Source: Candidatus Omnitrophota bacterium (GTDB taxonomy: Bacteria; Omnitrophota; Gorgyraeia; Gygaellales; Profunditerraquicolaceae). From it: 64,000 bases of DNA. This document shows positions 37,133-46,243 of this stretch, in pieces. Numbering within the stretch: the stretch's first letter is position 1; each line of letters begins with the position of its first letter. Location of the stretch: the NCBI GenBank assembly GCA_003598025.1, contig QZKH01000003.1, positions 106,048-170,047 on the forward strand, in the 5' to 3' direction. The notes below the pieces were generated by a model. It was not told the origin of the DNA, did not search any database, and saw nothing but the letters and a program-made list of their open reading frames with translations. The translations under genes and the position numbers were made by a program.

Positions 37133-38327
37133 TCAAATCTTAAATTCATCCCTGGATTTAAAGTTCAAGAGTTTCCTTGAAGAGGTGCTCAAGGATGTTA
37201 TGTATGCTCTTTCTGCTGAATGCGGCTCCCTTTTTATTTTTGATGCCGGGCATAAGGAGCTTATCCTTGATTCTTTCCTGAATTCATGCAACCTTCGTAT
37301 TAAAGGTCTTAAGAAAAGGGTAGGTGAGGGTGTTTCAGGAAAGGTCGCAGATATCAATAAGCCGGTGCTGGTCAAGAACATCAAAGCAGACGCGCGCTTT
37401 AGAAGCAATGGGTACAAGCATTATAAGACAGCGTCATTTATGTCAATACCGATAATAACTTCCAAAGGTTTGATCGGCCTGATAAATATTGCCGATAAAT
37501 CGAATAAAGAGCCATTCAGCGAGAGTGATCTTAAATTTGCCGTAGCAATAGTAAAATATGCAGTCATGCTTCTTGAGGCAAGCGATAGCTGCAGTGAATT
37601 AAAGTCCGAGAAAGAATGTTTAGGCAAAGAAAAAGAACTGCTTACTAAATACGCCTCTGTAGGCAAGCTTGCTGCGGGAGTTGTGCATGAAATCAATAAT
37701 CCCCTTGACGGGATAATCAGGTTCACAAATATCCTTATTGAGCAGATAGAGAACAATTCAGTAAGCAAGGAATACCTTTTAGAAGTAAAGAATGGTTTAA
37801 GCCGTATAGCTAAAATTACAAAATCATTATACGAATTTTCACATATCGTCAACGTAGATTCATTAAAGACAAGAGAATATGTTTATTTAAATGATATGCT
37901 GGATGAGCCTCTAAAAGTTTACGCTGAGAAAATCATGAACGGCAATATCCAGATAAAGAAGAAATTCAATGCCGGTTCCATTAAAGTGGTTGATTTCGGT
38001 TTGCAGCACGTTTTTTCTAATCTAATAAAGAATGCCCTGGATTCAATTCAGGCAGTCGGAATAATAGAGATTTCTACTGAGCTGCATAATGATACCGTCA
38101 AGATCGGTTTTAAAGATTCAGGTACCGGTATCCCTTCCGAAATATTGGGGCATATTTTTGAGCCTTTTTTTACCACTAAACCTGTCGGTAAAGGTACGGG
38201 CCTGGGGCTGTCGATCTGCAGGGAGATTATAAATAAATATGAAGGAAAGATCGATGTATCCAGCGCTGTCGGAGACGGCTCAAATTTTACCGTTACAATA
38301 AACAGAAAATACACCAAGAATGCATAA
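37119..38327 (+). CDS. Soluble GAF-domain histidine kinase
   Basis: GEGVSG.V, HEINNPL (H box), NLIKNA, DSG.GI, FEPFFTTK..GKGTGLGL. Confidence 0.92.
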   Translation: MPQSNQILNSSLDLKFKSFLEEVLKDVMYALSAECGSLFIFDAGHKELILDSFLNSCNLRIKGLKKRVGEGVSGKVADINKPVLVKNIKADARFRSNGYKHYKTASFMSIPIITSKGLIGLINIADKSNKEPFSESDLKFAVAIVKYAVMLLEASDSCSELKSEKECLGKEKELLTKYASVGKLAAGVVHEINNPLDGIIRFTNILIEQIENNSVSKEYLLEVKNGLSRIAKITKSLYEFSHIVNVDSLKTREYVYLNDMLDEPLKVYAEKIMNGNIQIKKKFNAGSIKVVDFGLQHVFSNLIKNALDSIQAVGIIEISTELHNDTVKIGFKDSGTGIPSEILGHIFEPFFTTKPVGKGTGLGLSICREIINKYEGKIDVSSAVGDGSNFTVTINRKYTKNA

Positions 38328-39726
38328 TAATCACGGGCATATACTTATTATTGATGATGAGCCTTTGGTTAGACGTTCTCTTTCTGAGATGCTTACGGTC
38401 TCAGGCTATGCAGTGAGTACTGCCTGCAACGGCAGTGAGGCGCTGAACCTTTTAAAAGATTATACGGTTGATATCATAATATCTGATATGAAGATGCCGG
38501 AGATGGATGGGATGCAGTTATTAAAGAGCTTAAAGAGCTTAAGATACGATGCCGCAGTTATCCTGATGACCGGATATGGGACTATTGACGGGGCAGTGGA
38601 GGCGATGAGGCACGGCGCATATGATTACGTAACCAAACCGATAGTTGACAGCGAGATAAAAATAATTATCAAGCGCTATCTTGACCAGTGCAGGATCAAA
38701 GAAGAAAACTTAAGGCTTAAAGAGCAATTATCAGTTAAAGAGCGCGAGGTCTTTCTTGATATAGTAGGTAAAGACGAAAAGATGCAAAAAATCTATAATC
38801 TTATAGAAGCAGTATCTAATACCAGGGCCACTGTTTTGATACACGGAGAAAGCGGCACCGGTAAAAGGCTGATTGCGCATGCCATACATAATTGTACCAC
38901 CCAGGAGAAAAAGAAGCCTTTCGTTGAGGTAAGCTGTGGGGCGCTTACCGATACTCTACTTGAGAGTGAATTATTCGGGCATGTAAAAGGGGCGTTCACC
39001 GGGGCCATAAAAGATAAAATGGGTCGTTTTGAGCTGGCAGACGGCGGCACTATTTTTCTGGATGAGATAGACGCTTTTTCCCCTGTGCTTCAGGTCAAGT
39101 TATTGCGCGTGTTGCAAGAAGGAGACTTAGAAAGGGTAGGGGATAATAAGACAATAAAAGTGGATGTAAGGATAATAGCTGCTACGAATCAGAGCCTGGA
39201 ACAATTAATCGAACAGGGCAAATTCAGGAAGGACCTGTATTACCGCTTAAACATAATTTCTATAGAAGTGCCTCCGCTAAGGCTGCGTAAGTTAGATATA
39301 CCGCTTTTGGTCAAGACTTTCATAAGCAAGCATTCAAAGAGTATAAATAAAAAAATAGACGACATATCTGATAAAGCATTGTCTTTATTGATTGAATATA
39401 GCTGGCCGGGGAATATCAGGGAGCTTGAAAATGTCATTGAGAGGACGATCATACTGTGTAAGGGTCCGGTTATAAGTCACCACGACCTGCCGGATTTCCT
39501 GCAAAAACAAAAATTCTCAAGCGAATCAGCGGCTGTAGATAAGAGCGGCTGCCTGAAGCTTAAAGATGCGTTAATAGCCCCTGAAAAAGAATTAATAATT
39601 AATACCTTAAATACGGTAAACTGGAACAGGACCGAGGCAGCAAAAGCGTTGGGTATTAATCGGACTACTCTTTATAAAAAGATGGGCAAACTTGGTTTAC
39701 TCAAGAATAATGGCAGAGAACAATAA
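38320..39726 (+). CDS. NtrC-family sigma-54 enhancer-binding response regulator
   Basis: REC domain, GESGTGK, ESELFGH.KGAFTGA, WPGNIRELEN, Fis HTH. Confidence 0.95.
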   Translation: MHNNHGHILIIDDEPLVRRSLSEMLTVSGYAVSTACNGSEALNLLKDYTVDIIISDMKMPEMDGMQLLKSLKSLRYDAAVILMTGYGTIDGAVEAMRHGAYDYVTKPIVDSEIKIIIKRYLDQCRIKEENLRLKEQLSVKEREVFLDIVGKDEKMQKIYNLIEAVSNTRATVLIHGESGTGKRLIAHAIHNCTTQEKKKPFVEVSCGALTDTLLESELFGHVKGAFTGAIKDKMGRFELADGGTIFLDEIDAFSPVLQVKLLRVLQEGDLERVGDNKTIKVDVRIIAATNQSLEQLIEQGKFRKDLYYRLNIISIEVPPLRLRKLDIPLLVKTFISKHSKSINKKIDDISDKALSLLIEYSWPGNIRELENVIERTIILCKGPVISHHDLPDFLQKQKFSSESAAVDKSGCLKLKDALIAPEKELIINTLNTVNWNRTEAAKALGINRTTLYKKMGKLGLLKNNGREQ

Positions 39727-40705
39727 CCCCAGATGGCATAGGCTGTCGTTTGAAGACCTCATAAATCTAAAGGAGTGGCAGGTAATACAGGATAATTTTT
39801 CGGCTATTACAAATGTAACGATTCGCACTCTTGATGTTAATGGTAAACCGTTAACTACCCCCAGTTCAGAGCCCCGCCTTTGCAGGGAATTAATAAAAGA
39901 CATAAAAATAAAAGATGAAATATGCGGATTGTGCCTACCGAGTTTCCTTGGCGGAAAGGCACATGTTGATAAAAACCTTACTTTCTTATGCAGGGCAGAT
40001 TTGCGAAATTTTATTGCCCCGTTGCGTATTGATGGCAAAGTAGTCGGATATGTGCTTGTAGGCCCGCTTGTTTTGGTTATGCGCAAGCCCAAAGATGAAT
40101 ACCGCAAAGTTGCCGAAGAGCTTAATATTGAATTTGAGAAATTCTGGAATGCATTTATTGAAATCAAAGTTACATCATTCTTTGCGGCGCAGTCCATGAT
40201 TGAAGTAATAAAGAACGTGGCAGAATACAGCTTGAATCTGTCATACGAGAAATTCAAGAATGAAGCGCTTTCTGTAAATCCCTTAAGGTCGCCTAATCTG
40301 CTTGATGCTTTACTTGAAGTCGCTTCTCAGGTAAGTCAGGCAGATATTGGTTCTGTGATGATGCTTAATGCTGATACTAACGAATTCACTATAGAGGCTG
40401 CTAAAGGCCTTTCTGAAGATGTTGTAAGAAAAACAAGGGTCAGCCTTGGGCATGGTATATCCGGTATTGTCGCTGAAAGCGGCAAGCCGCTTGTAATTGA
40501 TGATAAGATTCAAAATGACAGGTTAAGAGGTTTGTTACAGCGCCCGCAGCTTGGTTCTTCTATGATTATACCCATTAAGAGCAGGGAGAAGGTGCAGGGC
40601 GTTATGAATTTAGCTGCTTTTAGGGATTCAGGGGTCAGGTTTGACATGGATAAGGCAAATTTAGTCAAAAACCTGATAGATCTTGCCACGATAGCTATAA
40701 ATTAG
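39710..40705 (+). CDS. PocR sensory domain + GAF domain protein without output domain
   Basis: WQ.IQD.FS..T, C...C, C.A.L..F.AP....G..VG....G; C-terminal GAF (G.GISG.V, IPI...GV.N). Confidence 0.75.
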   Translation: MAENNNPRWHRLSFEDLINLKEWQVIQDNFSAITNVTIRTLDVNGKPLTTPSSEPRLCRELIKDIKIKDEICGLCLPSFLGGKAHVDKNLTFLCRADLRNFIAPLRIDGKVVGYVLVGPLVLVMRKPKDEYRKVAEELNIEFEKFWNAFIEIKVTSFFAAQSMIEVIKNVAEYSLNLSYEKFKNEALSVNPLRSPNLLDALLEVASQVSQADIGSVMMLNADTNEFTIEAAKGLSEDVVRKTRVSLGHGISGIVAESGKPLVIDDKIQNDRLRGLLQRPQLGSSMIIPIKSREKVQGVMNLAAFRDSGVRFDMDKANLVKNLIDLATIAIN

Positions 40706-40803
40706 TTCACAGTTCATAGAGATAGATAAAGTATCTAGAATCGAGCATCTAGAATCTAGGATCGAGTCAACGCTGACGGCTGACAGCTGATGACTGAAAG
40801 CTT
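40702..40803 (+). repeat. Composite heptamer element between convergent genes
   Basis: ttagttcacagttcata-gagatagataaagtatctag-aatcgagcatctagaatctaggatcgag-...gctgacggctgacagctgatgactgaaagct. Confidence 0.9.
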
Positions 40804-40828
40804 AATCGTAGAATGATAGGGAAGGGGG

Positions 40829-42166
40829 CTAGCGTTTCCTTCTAAATACCGTAGAAAGTATCTTTAAGTCCTGCCTGTATTTTGTTACAGTCCTCCTGGA
40901 TACCTTTATATTGGAATTTTTATGGATAAGCTCAGCAATCTGCTTGTCGCTTAATGGGTGGGATTTATCCTCAATATCAATACAATCTTTAATTAATTTT
41001 TTTGCCTGGTTGCATGAGACTGACTGGCCATTGGTATCAAAGACTTTGCTTGGGAAAAAATCTTTGATTGCAACCATTGACCAGGGTGTTTTTACATATT
41101 TGTTCATTATGGCCCGGCAGACAGTAGTTTCGTGCATATTGATTCTTTGCGCCACTTCTTTAAATGTAAGCGGTTTTAGCAGAGAAAATTCTTCATTTTT
41201 TATAGCCTCGCATTGAATATCTGCTATTACTTCCAAAATCAGCTTTAATGTCGATTTTCTCTTTGAGATAGCCCTGAGTATATCATTAGCGGCTTTAATC
41301 TTTTCGGTTATGAATTTTCTTAAATTAGGGTCAAGGCTTTTATCCTTAAGCATTGCTTTGTATTCTTTGTTTATATCAATTTTAGGCAGGCTTTCATCAT
41401 TTATTATTACCTCTATATCATCACTATGAATTTCGATTCTTGCATCCGGCCTGATCCTTTGATCTTCTTCTGTGGAATAGTTTCTTCCGGGTTTAGGGTC
41501 AAGCCTAAGGATTTTATGCGCAAGTTCTTCAATTAAACCAGGGTCCTGATTCAGGTCTTTTGCGATTACTTTAAAATTCTTTTTTGCTACGTTATCCAGG
41601 TGTTTTTCAACAATTTCTCTTAGTATAGGATTTGTATCGCTATTTTGGTCAAGCTGTATAAGAAGGCACTCTTTCACAGAGCGCGCTCCCACGCCAGCAG
41701 GCTCAAATTCGTGTATTATCTTTAAGATGCGCTCAACAGTCCCGGCAGGGACAGCGCAGGAGGAGGCTATCTCATCAAAGCTGGCTTTTAGGTAGCCGTT
41801 TTCATCAATATTGCCTATGATTTCTTCACCAATCCTGAAGTCACCATCATCAGAAACAAATATCCCTAATTGCCTAAGCAGGCAATCCTGCAAGGAGGTT
41901 TTCTTAGTGACAGATTCAAGCTGGAATTTGACGTCTTCATCAGTAAATTTTTTAAGCGATAGGGGAGAGGCTGGCCGGAAACCCTTGGCTAAAGATCCGC
42001 CAGAGGCGCTATAAGAAGGCTTTTCTTCAAGGGCAGGATTTGATTCCAGCTCCTTTTCAATAAGGCCTTCAATTTCGCTCAGGGGCAGCGCTAAAACGTT
42101 TAAAGAATTGGAAAGCGCTGGTACCAATAATCTGCGTAATTCTGTGCGTTGTTTTGTTTGCATCAT
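40829..42166 (-). CDS. rpoN: RNA polymerase sigma-54 factor
   Basis: NP.LE, IIGNIDENGYL, EP.GVGAR...ECLLIQL, KPL....VA....HETTV.R, RpoN box SRRTVTKYR; start moved to ATG 42166. Confidence 0.95.
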   Translation of the reverse strand: MMQTKQRTELRRLLVPALSNSLNVLALPLSEIEGLIEKELESNPALEEKPSYSASGGSLAKGFRPASPLSLKKFTDEDVKFQLESVTKKTSLQDCLLRQLGIFVSDDGDFRIGEEIIGNIDENGYLKASFDEIASSCAVPAGTVERILKIIHEFEPAGVGARSVKECLLIQLDQNSDTNPILREIVEKHLDNVAKKNFKVIAKDLNQDPGLIEELAHKILRLDPKPGRNYSTEEDQRIRPDARIEIHSDDIEVIINDESLPKIDINKEYKAMLKDKSLDPNLRKFITEKIKAANDILRAISKRKSTLKLILEVIADIQCEAIKNEEFSLLKPLTFKEVAQRINMHETTVCRAIMNKYVKTPWSMVAIKDFFPSKVFDTNGQSVSCNQAKKLIKDCIDIEDKSHPLSDKQIAELIHKNSNIKVSRRTVTKYRQDLKILSTVFRRKR

Positions 42167-42216
42167 AGCATGATAAGTATAACATATTAATACAAAATAC
42201 TTCAATTTAAATTGCC

Positions 42217-42269
42217 TTGACAAGCACAAAATCGGGCAATATAATTAAGACTAATGAGTATATACTCAT
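42217..42269 (+). promoter_or_regulatory. Consensus sigma-70 promoter (TTGACA-17-TATAAT) followed by a perfect 16-bp palindrome
   Basis: ttgaca 42217-22, tataat 42240-45, ATGAGTATATACTCAT 42254-69. Confidence 0.8.
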
Positions 42270-42332
42270 AATAACATGGGCGTTAAAAGTAAGTAAGTTT
42301 GAGTAAAATACTGGTAAAAGCAAGTAAATCTA

Positions 42333-42692
42333 ATGAAACCTAAAGGCAGGCCAAAGAAATACCGGATTATACGACAGGATCCAAGGATATCCCAATTTAG
42401 CCCCAGAGGCAAGCCTGGGAGGCCTGATGAAGTATGCCTTACTATGGATGAATTTGAGGCTATAAGGCTTTCTGACAGGCTTAATAAGCCGCAAAAAGAG
42501 GCTGCCCAGTCAATGAAGGTTTCCCAGCAGACATTCAGCCGTATCTTGAGAAAGGCCCGGATAAAGATAGCAGATAGTATTACTAACGGCAAAATCATAA
42601 AAATACAAGGCGGGTTCTACGCGCTTGTTTCTAATAAGAAAAATACCTCCAGCCAGCTTCAGGAATCCCAGGAAATTAATAAATTAACTTGA
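42333..42692 (+). CDS. DUF134 family HTH protein
   Basis: RP.K.R, F.P.G, L..DEFEAIRL.D.....Q.EAA..M.VS..TF.RIL..AR.KIA.....GK.I.I.GG. Confidence 0.88.
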   Translation: MKPKGRPKKYRIIRQDPRISQFSPRGKPGRPDEVCLTMDEFEAIRLSDRLNKPQKEAAQSMKVSQQTFSRILRKARIKIADSITNGKIIKIQGGFYALVSNKKNTSSQLQESQEINKLT

Positions 42693-42753
42693 AAAGTGGG
42701 CCGCAAGGAATGGTCTTAATAACCAAAAAAGCCTTAAATTGCCTTATATATTA

Positions 42754-42781
42754 ACTTCCTATAATATATCTTATGTTAACT
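42754..42781 (+). other. dif site (XerC/XerD recombination site)
   Basis: ACTTCCTATAA-TATATC-TTATGTTAACT: 11-6-11 layout close to B. subtilis and E. coli dif; located where gene orientation converges. Confidence 0.85.
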
Positions 42782-42973
42782 TTAGCATATTGCGTAAATG
42801 CTGTAACTATGTTTAGGCGCAAATAGTTATAATAATATTGTTTTTCATGTGGATAACCGATTTTCCTTTTACTCATGTTTACTTTATCTTTTTTACTCTG
42901 ACATCCAGATACGTATCTTTTGCAGGATCTTAATTATCCTTATTTCCTCTTACTTAGTCTTATTTAGATTACA

Positions 42974-44122
42974 TTAGGCCATTTTCCTTGTCTTTATTAC
43001 TATTGCCGGGTATATTGAACCTTCGCCATAGCGGTTGTTTATATTATCTAATGTCTCTAAGAGGTCTCCCCTCTTTTTCTGCTCAATAAGTAAAGGGGGG
43101 TATAATTTAATTTTTAGGTTGCTGCAGCTTACCCCAATAGCCCTTATTTTTGGCCTTTTTAGGCCTGTTTTAGCCAGTATTTTCAGGGTATTTGAGTAGA
43201 TCTCGTAACCATCATCAGTCTCCTGGGTAATGGTATTTTGGGCGCAAAAATTGCCCATTTGCGGGCCGTTAAGCCAAAGCTTTATGGTGTTAGAAACCAA
43301 GTTTTGGCTCCTTAGCCTTTCTGATACCATCTCTGAAAGCAGCCTTAACCAGGCCTTGATAAACCCCATGGTTTCTGATGTCCTGGGAAATGTGTAAGAA
43401 TGGCTTATTGATTTGGGTTTTTCTTCTTCGTTTGTTGACTCAAGGTGTTCGGTTGCATGTAAAGATGCATATAAATTCAGGCCGTATTTACCCAGCGTTT
43501 CTTTAAGGAATCTGGCTGTTTTTTGGTGCAGGTCAAGGCATGTCTTTATGCCCAAGGTTGTAAAAAGAAGCTCTGTTTTTGGGCCTACTCCTGCGATTTT
43601 AGCAACCGGAGTCTTACCTAATACTTCTCTTAAGTTTGTTTCTGTAAGCAGGCATATTCCGTTTGGTTTGTTTATTTTAGAAGCTAGTTTTGCTAGTAAG
43701 GAATTCTTCGCTATGCCTATTGAAGCGGTTATGTTAAAGTTTGCATATATTCTTGCCTGAATATCTTTTGCCAGTTCAAGGGGCGCATTTTCCTGGCCTA
43801 TATCTAAACGGAATTCATCAATTGAAGCGTAAGCAGCCTCAAGGCTGTAGTCTTTAAGCATCCCGTAGATCTGTTGCGAGGTCCAGATATATTTACCCTG
43901 ATCAGCTGCCACAAATTCTGCTTTTGGGCATATCTGAAATGCATCTTTGGTAGGCATTCCGGAGTGTATGCCAAGGGCTTTGGCTTCATAGCTTGCAGCG
44001 CAGACTACGGTATATAATTTATTGCCTCTTGAGCCTACTATTAGCGGTTTGCCTTTTAGCCTTGGGTTGATTGCTTGCTCAATAGATGCAAAAAACGCAT
44101 CCATATCGATGTGGAGAATCAT
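42974..44122 (-). CDS. dinB: Y-family DNA polymerase IV
   Basis: HIDMDAFFASIE, ASYEAK..G..SGM, SIDE, SIGI..N..LAKLAS...KP.G. Confidence 0.93.
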   Translation of the reverse strand: MILHIDMDAFFASIEQAINPRLKGKPLIVGSRGNKLYTVVCAASYEAKALGIHSGMPTKDAFQICPKAEFVAADQGKYIWTSQQIYGMLKDYSLEAAYASIDEFRLDIGQENAPLELAKDIQARIYANFNITASIGIAKNSLLAKLASKINKPNGICLLTETNLREVLGKTPVAKIAGVGPKTELLFTTLGIKTCLDLHQKTARFLKETLGKYGLNLYASLHATEHLESTNEEEKPKSISHSYTFPRTSETMGFIKAWLRLLSEMVSERLRSQNLVSNTIKLWLNGPQMGNFCAQNTITQETDDGYEIYSNTLKILAKTGLKRPKIRAIGVSCSNLKIKLYPPLLIEQKKRGDLLETLDNINNRYGEGSIYPAIVIKTRKMA

Positions 44123-44125
44123 GGA

Positions 44126-44212
44126 TTAGTTCATTGTTGATAGTTCATTGTTCATAGTGCATTGTTAATGGGTATGGAGTTTTCTATGAACCAAGAACCA
44201 TGAACTATGAAC
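44126..44212. repeat. Inverted heptamer hairpin element (GTTCATW)n...(CYATGAA)n
   Basis: ttagttcattgttgatagttcattgttcatagtgcattgttaatg ... ctatgaaccaagaaccatgaactatgaac. Confidence 0.88.
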
Positions 44213-44219
44213 AGGCCTA

Positions 44220-44540
44220 TTATTCTATTACTTTTTCTAACCTCCATCCCAACGTTGTATTATTGAAAGAGATTTGATATAGGTTAGCTTGTGTGCTTAT
44301 GGAGAATTTTATTATTATCTCTTTGCCTTGGCGTTCCTGCCAGTTATAGGTTATTTTCTTAATTTTATAACTTTTATTTTTCCAAATAAAAATCCGTGGT
44401 ATCAGCTTTGCGCCTTTAAACCAGGCAAGGACCTGTATTTTTTCGTTTAGAATATCCGGTTCTTCCTGGTGTTCTGCTGATGTTTCGGGAATATGCCTGT
44501 CCCACCGGGCTTTTGGATTAAAGCTTTGTTGTAGAGCCAT
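44220..44540 (-). CDS. Hypothetical protein in the lexA-dinB cassette (DUF6504-like)
   Basis: P..F.W....Y.I..I...W....G......F.......Y...F......W.L pattern. Confidence 0.65.
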   Translation of the reverse strand: MALQQSFNPKARWDRHIPETSAEHQEEPDILNEKIQVLAWFKGAKLIPRIFIWKNKSYKIKKITYNWQERQGKEIIIKFSISTQANLYQISFNNTTLGWRLEKVIE

Positions 44541-44565
44541 ATTAGTATTGTGTATCTAGTATATA

Positions 44566-44695
44566 TTAGTTCATGGTTCATAGTTCATGGAGATAGATAA
44601 AGTATCTAGCCACAAGGTCACAAGGTCACAAATATTGCGTTATGCGTATTGCGTACGGCGTATCGAGAATCTAGTATTAAGAATCTAGGATCAAG
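44566..44695 (+). repeat. Composite element: (GTTCATR)n - linker - (GTCACAAG)n - (TTGCGTA)n - (ATCKAGA)n
   Basis: Shares a 51-bp perfect inverted copy with 47372-47422. Confidence 0.92.
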
Positions 44696-44711
44696 GATTG
44701 AATATCTTTGT

Positions 44712-45317
44712 TCACCGATATTTCCTTAGTAAGCTGATTAGCTTGCCAATTACGCTGAAATTCTTGCGGATTGGCTGATAGTTTACATTAGCCGGCTCAA
44801 GATAAATATGGCTGCCTGTATTCTTGAATATCTTTAGTGTTACCTCATTATTATCAAGTAATGCTGCGATTATATCATTGTTATGCGCAAGCGGTTGTTT
44901 TTTGATGATAGCAATGTCATCTTCAAGTATGCCGGCATCAACCATGCTGTCGCCTTTGACTTTTAAGGCAAACACATCATTATAACTAAGCCTTCCTAAG
45001 TATAAGTCATAAGGGTCAACGTATCCCTGGATATCTTCATAAGCTAAGCTGGGGCTTCCTGCGGCAATCGTGCCTATAATCGGTATCTTATTAATGTTGC
45101 TTTTTGCCAGGTCTATATGGCGGGATTTGTAACTGGCGCGTTTTAAATAGCCTTTATTTTGCAATGCGTTCAAATAGTCACGTACTGTACCGGTTGAGCT
45201 AAACCCGAATTCAGCCGCGATCTCCCTTATTGTCGGAGGAATATTTTGTTCCTCTATCCTGTTTTTTATAAACTCCAGCACTTTCTGTTGTTTTGTAGTT
45301 AAGTCATTCGTTAGCAT
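44712..45317 (-). CDS. lexA: LexA repressor
   Basis: LT..Q..VL.FI, PPT.REI...G.SS..TV..YL..L..KGY, IAAG cleavage site, V.GDSM, VTLK; start at ATG 45317 after SD aaggagg. Confidence 0.95.
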   Translation of the reverse strand: MLTNDLTTKQQKVLEFIKNRIEEQNIPPTIREIAAEFGFSSTGTVRDYLNALQNKGYLKRASYKSRHIDLAKSNINKIPIIGTIAAGSPSLAYEDIQGYVDPYDLYLGRLSYNDVFALKVKGDSMVDAGILEDDIAIIKKQPLAHNNDIIAALLDNNEVTLKIFKNTGSHIYLEPANVNYQPIRKNFSVIGKLISLLRKYR

Positions 45318-45332
45318 TGTCAACCTCCTTAA

Positions 45333-45407
45333 TCAGCTATTAGCTTTCAGTCGTCAGCTGTCAGCTATGATCTATCAACCCTGTCTACCGGCAGGCAGCC
45401 ATGAACT
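45333..45407 (+). repeat. Heptamer arrays with a nested 20-bp palindrome, in the lexA 5' leader
   Basis: tcagctattagctttcagtcgtcagctgtcagctatgatctatcaac-cctgtctaccggcaggcagc-catgaac. Confidence 0.85.
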
Positions 45408-45416
45408 ACAAACCAA

Positions 45417-45445
45417 TCTATACCACACATTTGTGTGGATGTCAA
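45417..45445 (-). promoter_or_regulatory. lexA promoter (TTGACA-17-TATAGA) with a palindromic operator filling the spacer
   Basis: Minus strand ttgaca-tccacacaaatgtgtgg-tataga; dyad CCACACA-TT-TGTGTGG at 45423-45438. Confidence 0.75.
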
Positions 45446-45452
45446 GCCTTTT

Positions 45453-45527
45453 AGGTCCGTTTCTCCCGCTGACCATAGAGTTGCCCCCGCTGGGGGCACT
45501 TCTGTGATGAGTGGGAGAAACGGACCT
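45453..45527. repeat. GC-rich 75-bp imperfect palindrome (REP/MITE-like or terminator)
   Basis: aggtccgtttctccc ... gggagaaacggacct outer arms; inner tgccccc-gct-gggggca. Confidence 0.75.
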
Positions 45528-45537
45528 CCCCTGCTGA

Positions 45538-46218
45538 TTAATAACAGTGGGTGCAGATGAAGATAAATTGAAAGGCGGTTAGCTTGGTTAGGATATTTAG
45601 CCTGTGGCCAAGGCCTGTGGGGATAATTTTAATTATTTTACATCCGGATTGCTCTATCATCCGTATTGCGGTTTTCATGGTAAAGAACCTAAGGTGCTGG
45701 CTGTGCATTATACCATTATCGTAGTCAAAATTTCCGAATAAATGCCTTAATCTGTATTCTATTCTGGCTATGTTCGGTATAGAAATTATTATTTTGCCTT
45801 TATTTTTAAGGTTCTCTTTGATAAATTTATTCAGCACCCTGGAGGGCTCGGGTAAGTGCTCTAGTATATCCACAAATAGTATCTGATCGTATTTGAAGCC
45901 AGGTAATGAAAAAGTATTGCTCGATAGGTCTATTCTATAGGTATTTCTGTAGCCGTTCTCTTTAGCTTTGCTAAGCAGACATTCTTCTATATCTATTCCG
46001 TCTACGACACAGTTTTTGTTTTTGATAAGCCATTTACCTATATAACCGGAATTACACCCTACATCAAGTACGGCTGTATCTGTGGGCATAAGCCCAAGAA
46101 TGATGCTATGCGGGCTGTGAGGATCGGTGTTAAAAGTATGAGTCTCAATGTTTTTTATCAAAATATCCTTATTGTAAGCCCATGAACCATGAACCATGAA
46201 CCATGAACCATGAACCAT
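45538..46218 (-). CDS. Class I SAM-dependent methyltransferase (start uncertain)
   Basis: VLDVGC..G, GID, FVDILEH..EP, S.PN, H.RFFT. Confidence 0.88.
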   Translation of the reverse strand: MVHGSWFMVHGSWAYNKDILIKNIETHTFNTDPHSPHSIILGLMPTDTAVLDVGCNSGYIGKWLIKNKNCVVDGIDIEECLLSKAKENGYRNTYRIDLSSNTFSLPGFKYDQILFVDILEHLPEPSRVLNKFIKENLKNKGKIIISIPNIARIEYRLRHLFGNFDYDNGIMHSQHLRFFTMKTAIRMIEQSGCKIIKIIPTGLGHRLNILTKLTAFQFIFICTHCY

Positions 46219-46228
46219 GAACCATGAA
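46180..46228 (+). repeat. Perfect tandem (CCATGAA)x7
   Basis: Seven identical units counted directly. Confidence 0.97.
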
Positions 46229-46243
46229 CAAACCTACTCTTAC

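Noticed and set aside
42692-42712. Possible tRNA 3'-end remnant (att site) near dif
   Set aside because: The similarity is too short and there is no T-loop motif.
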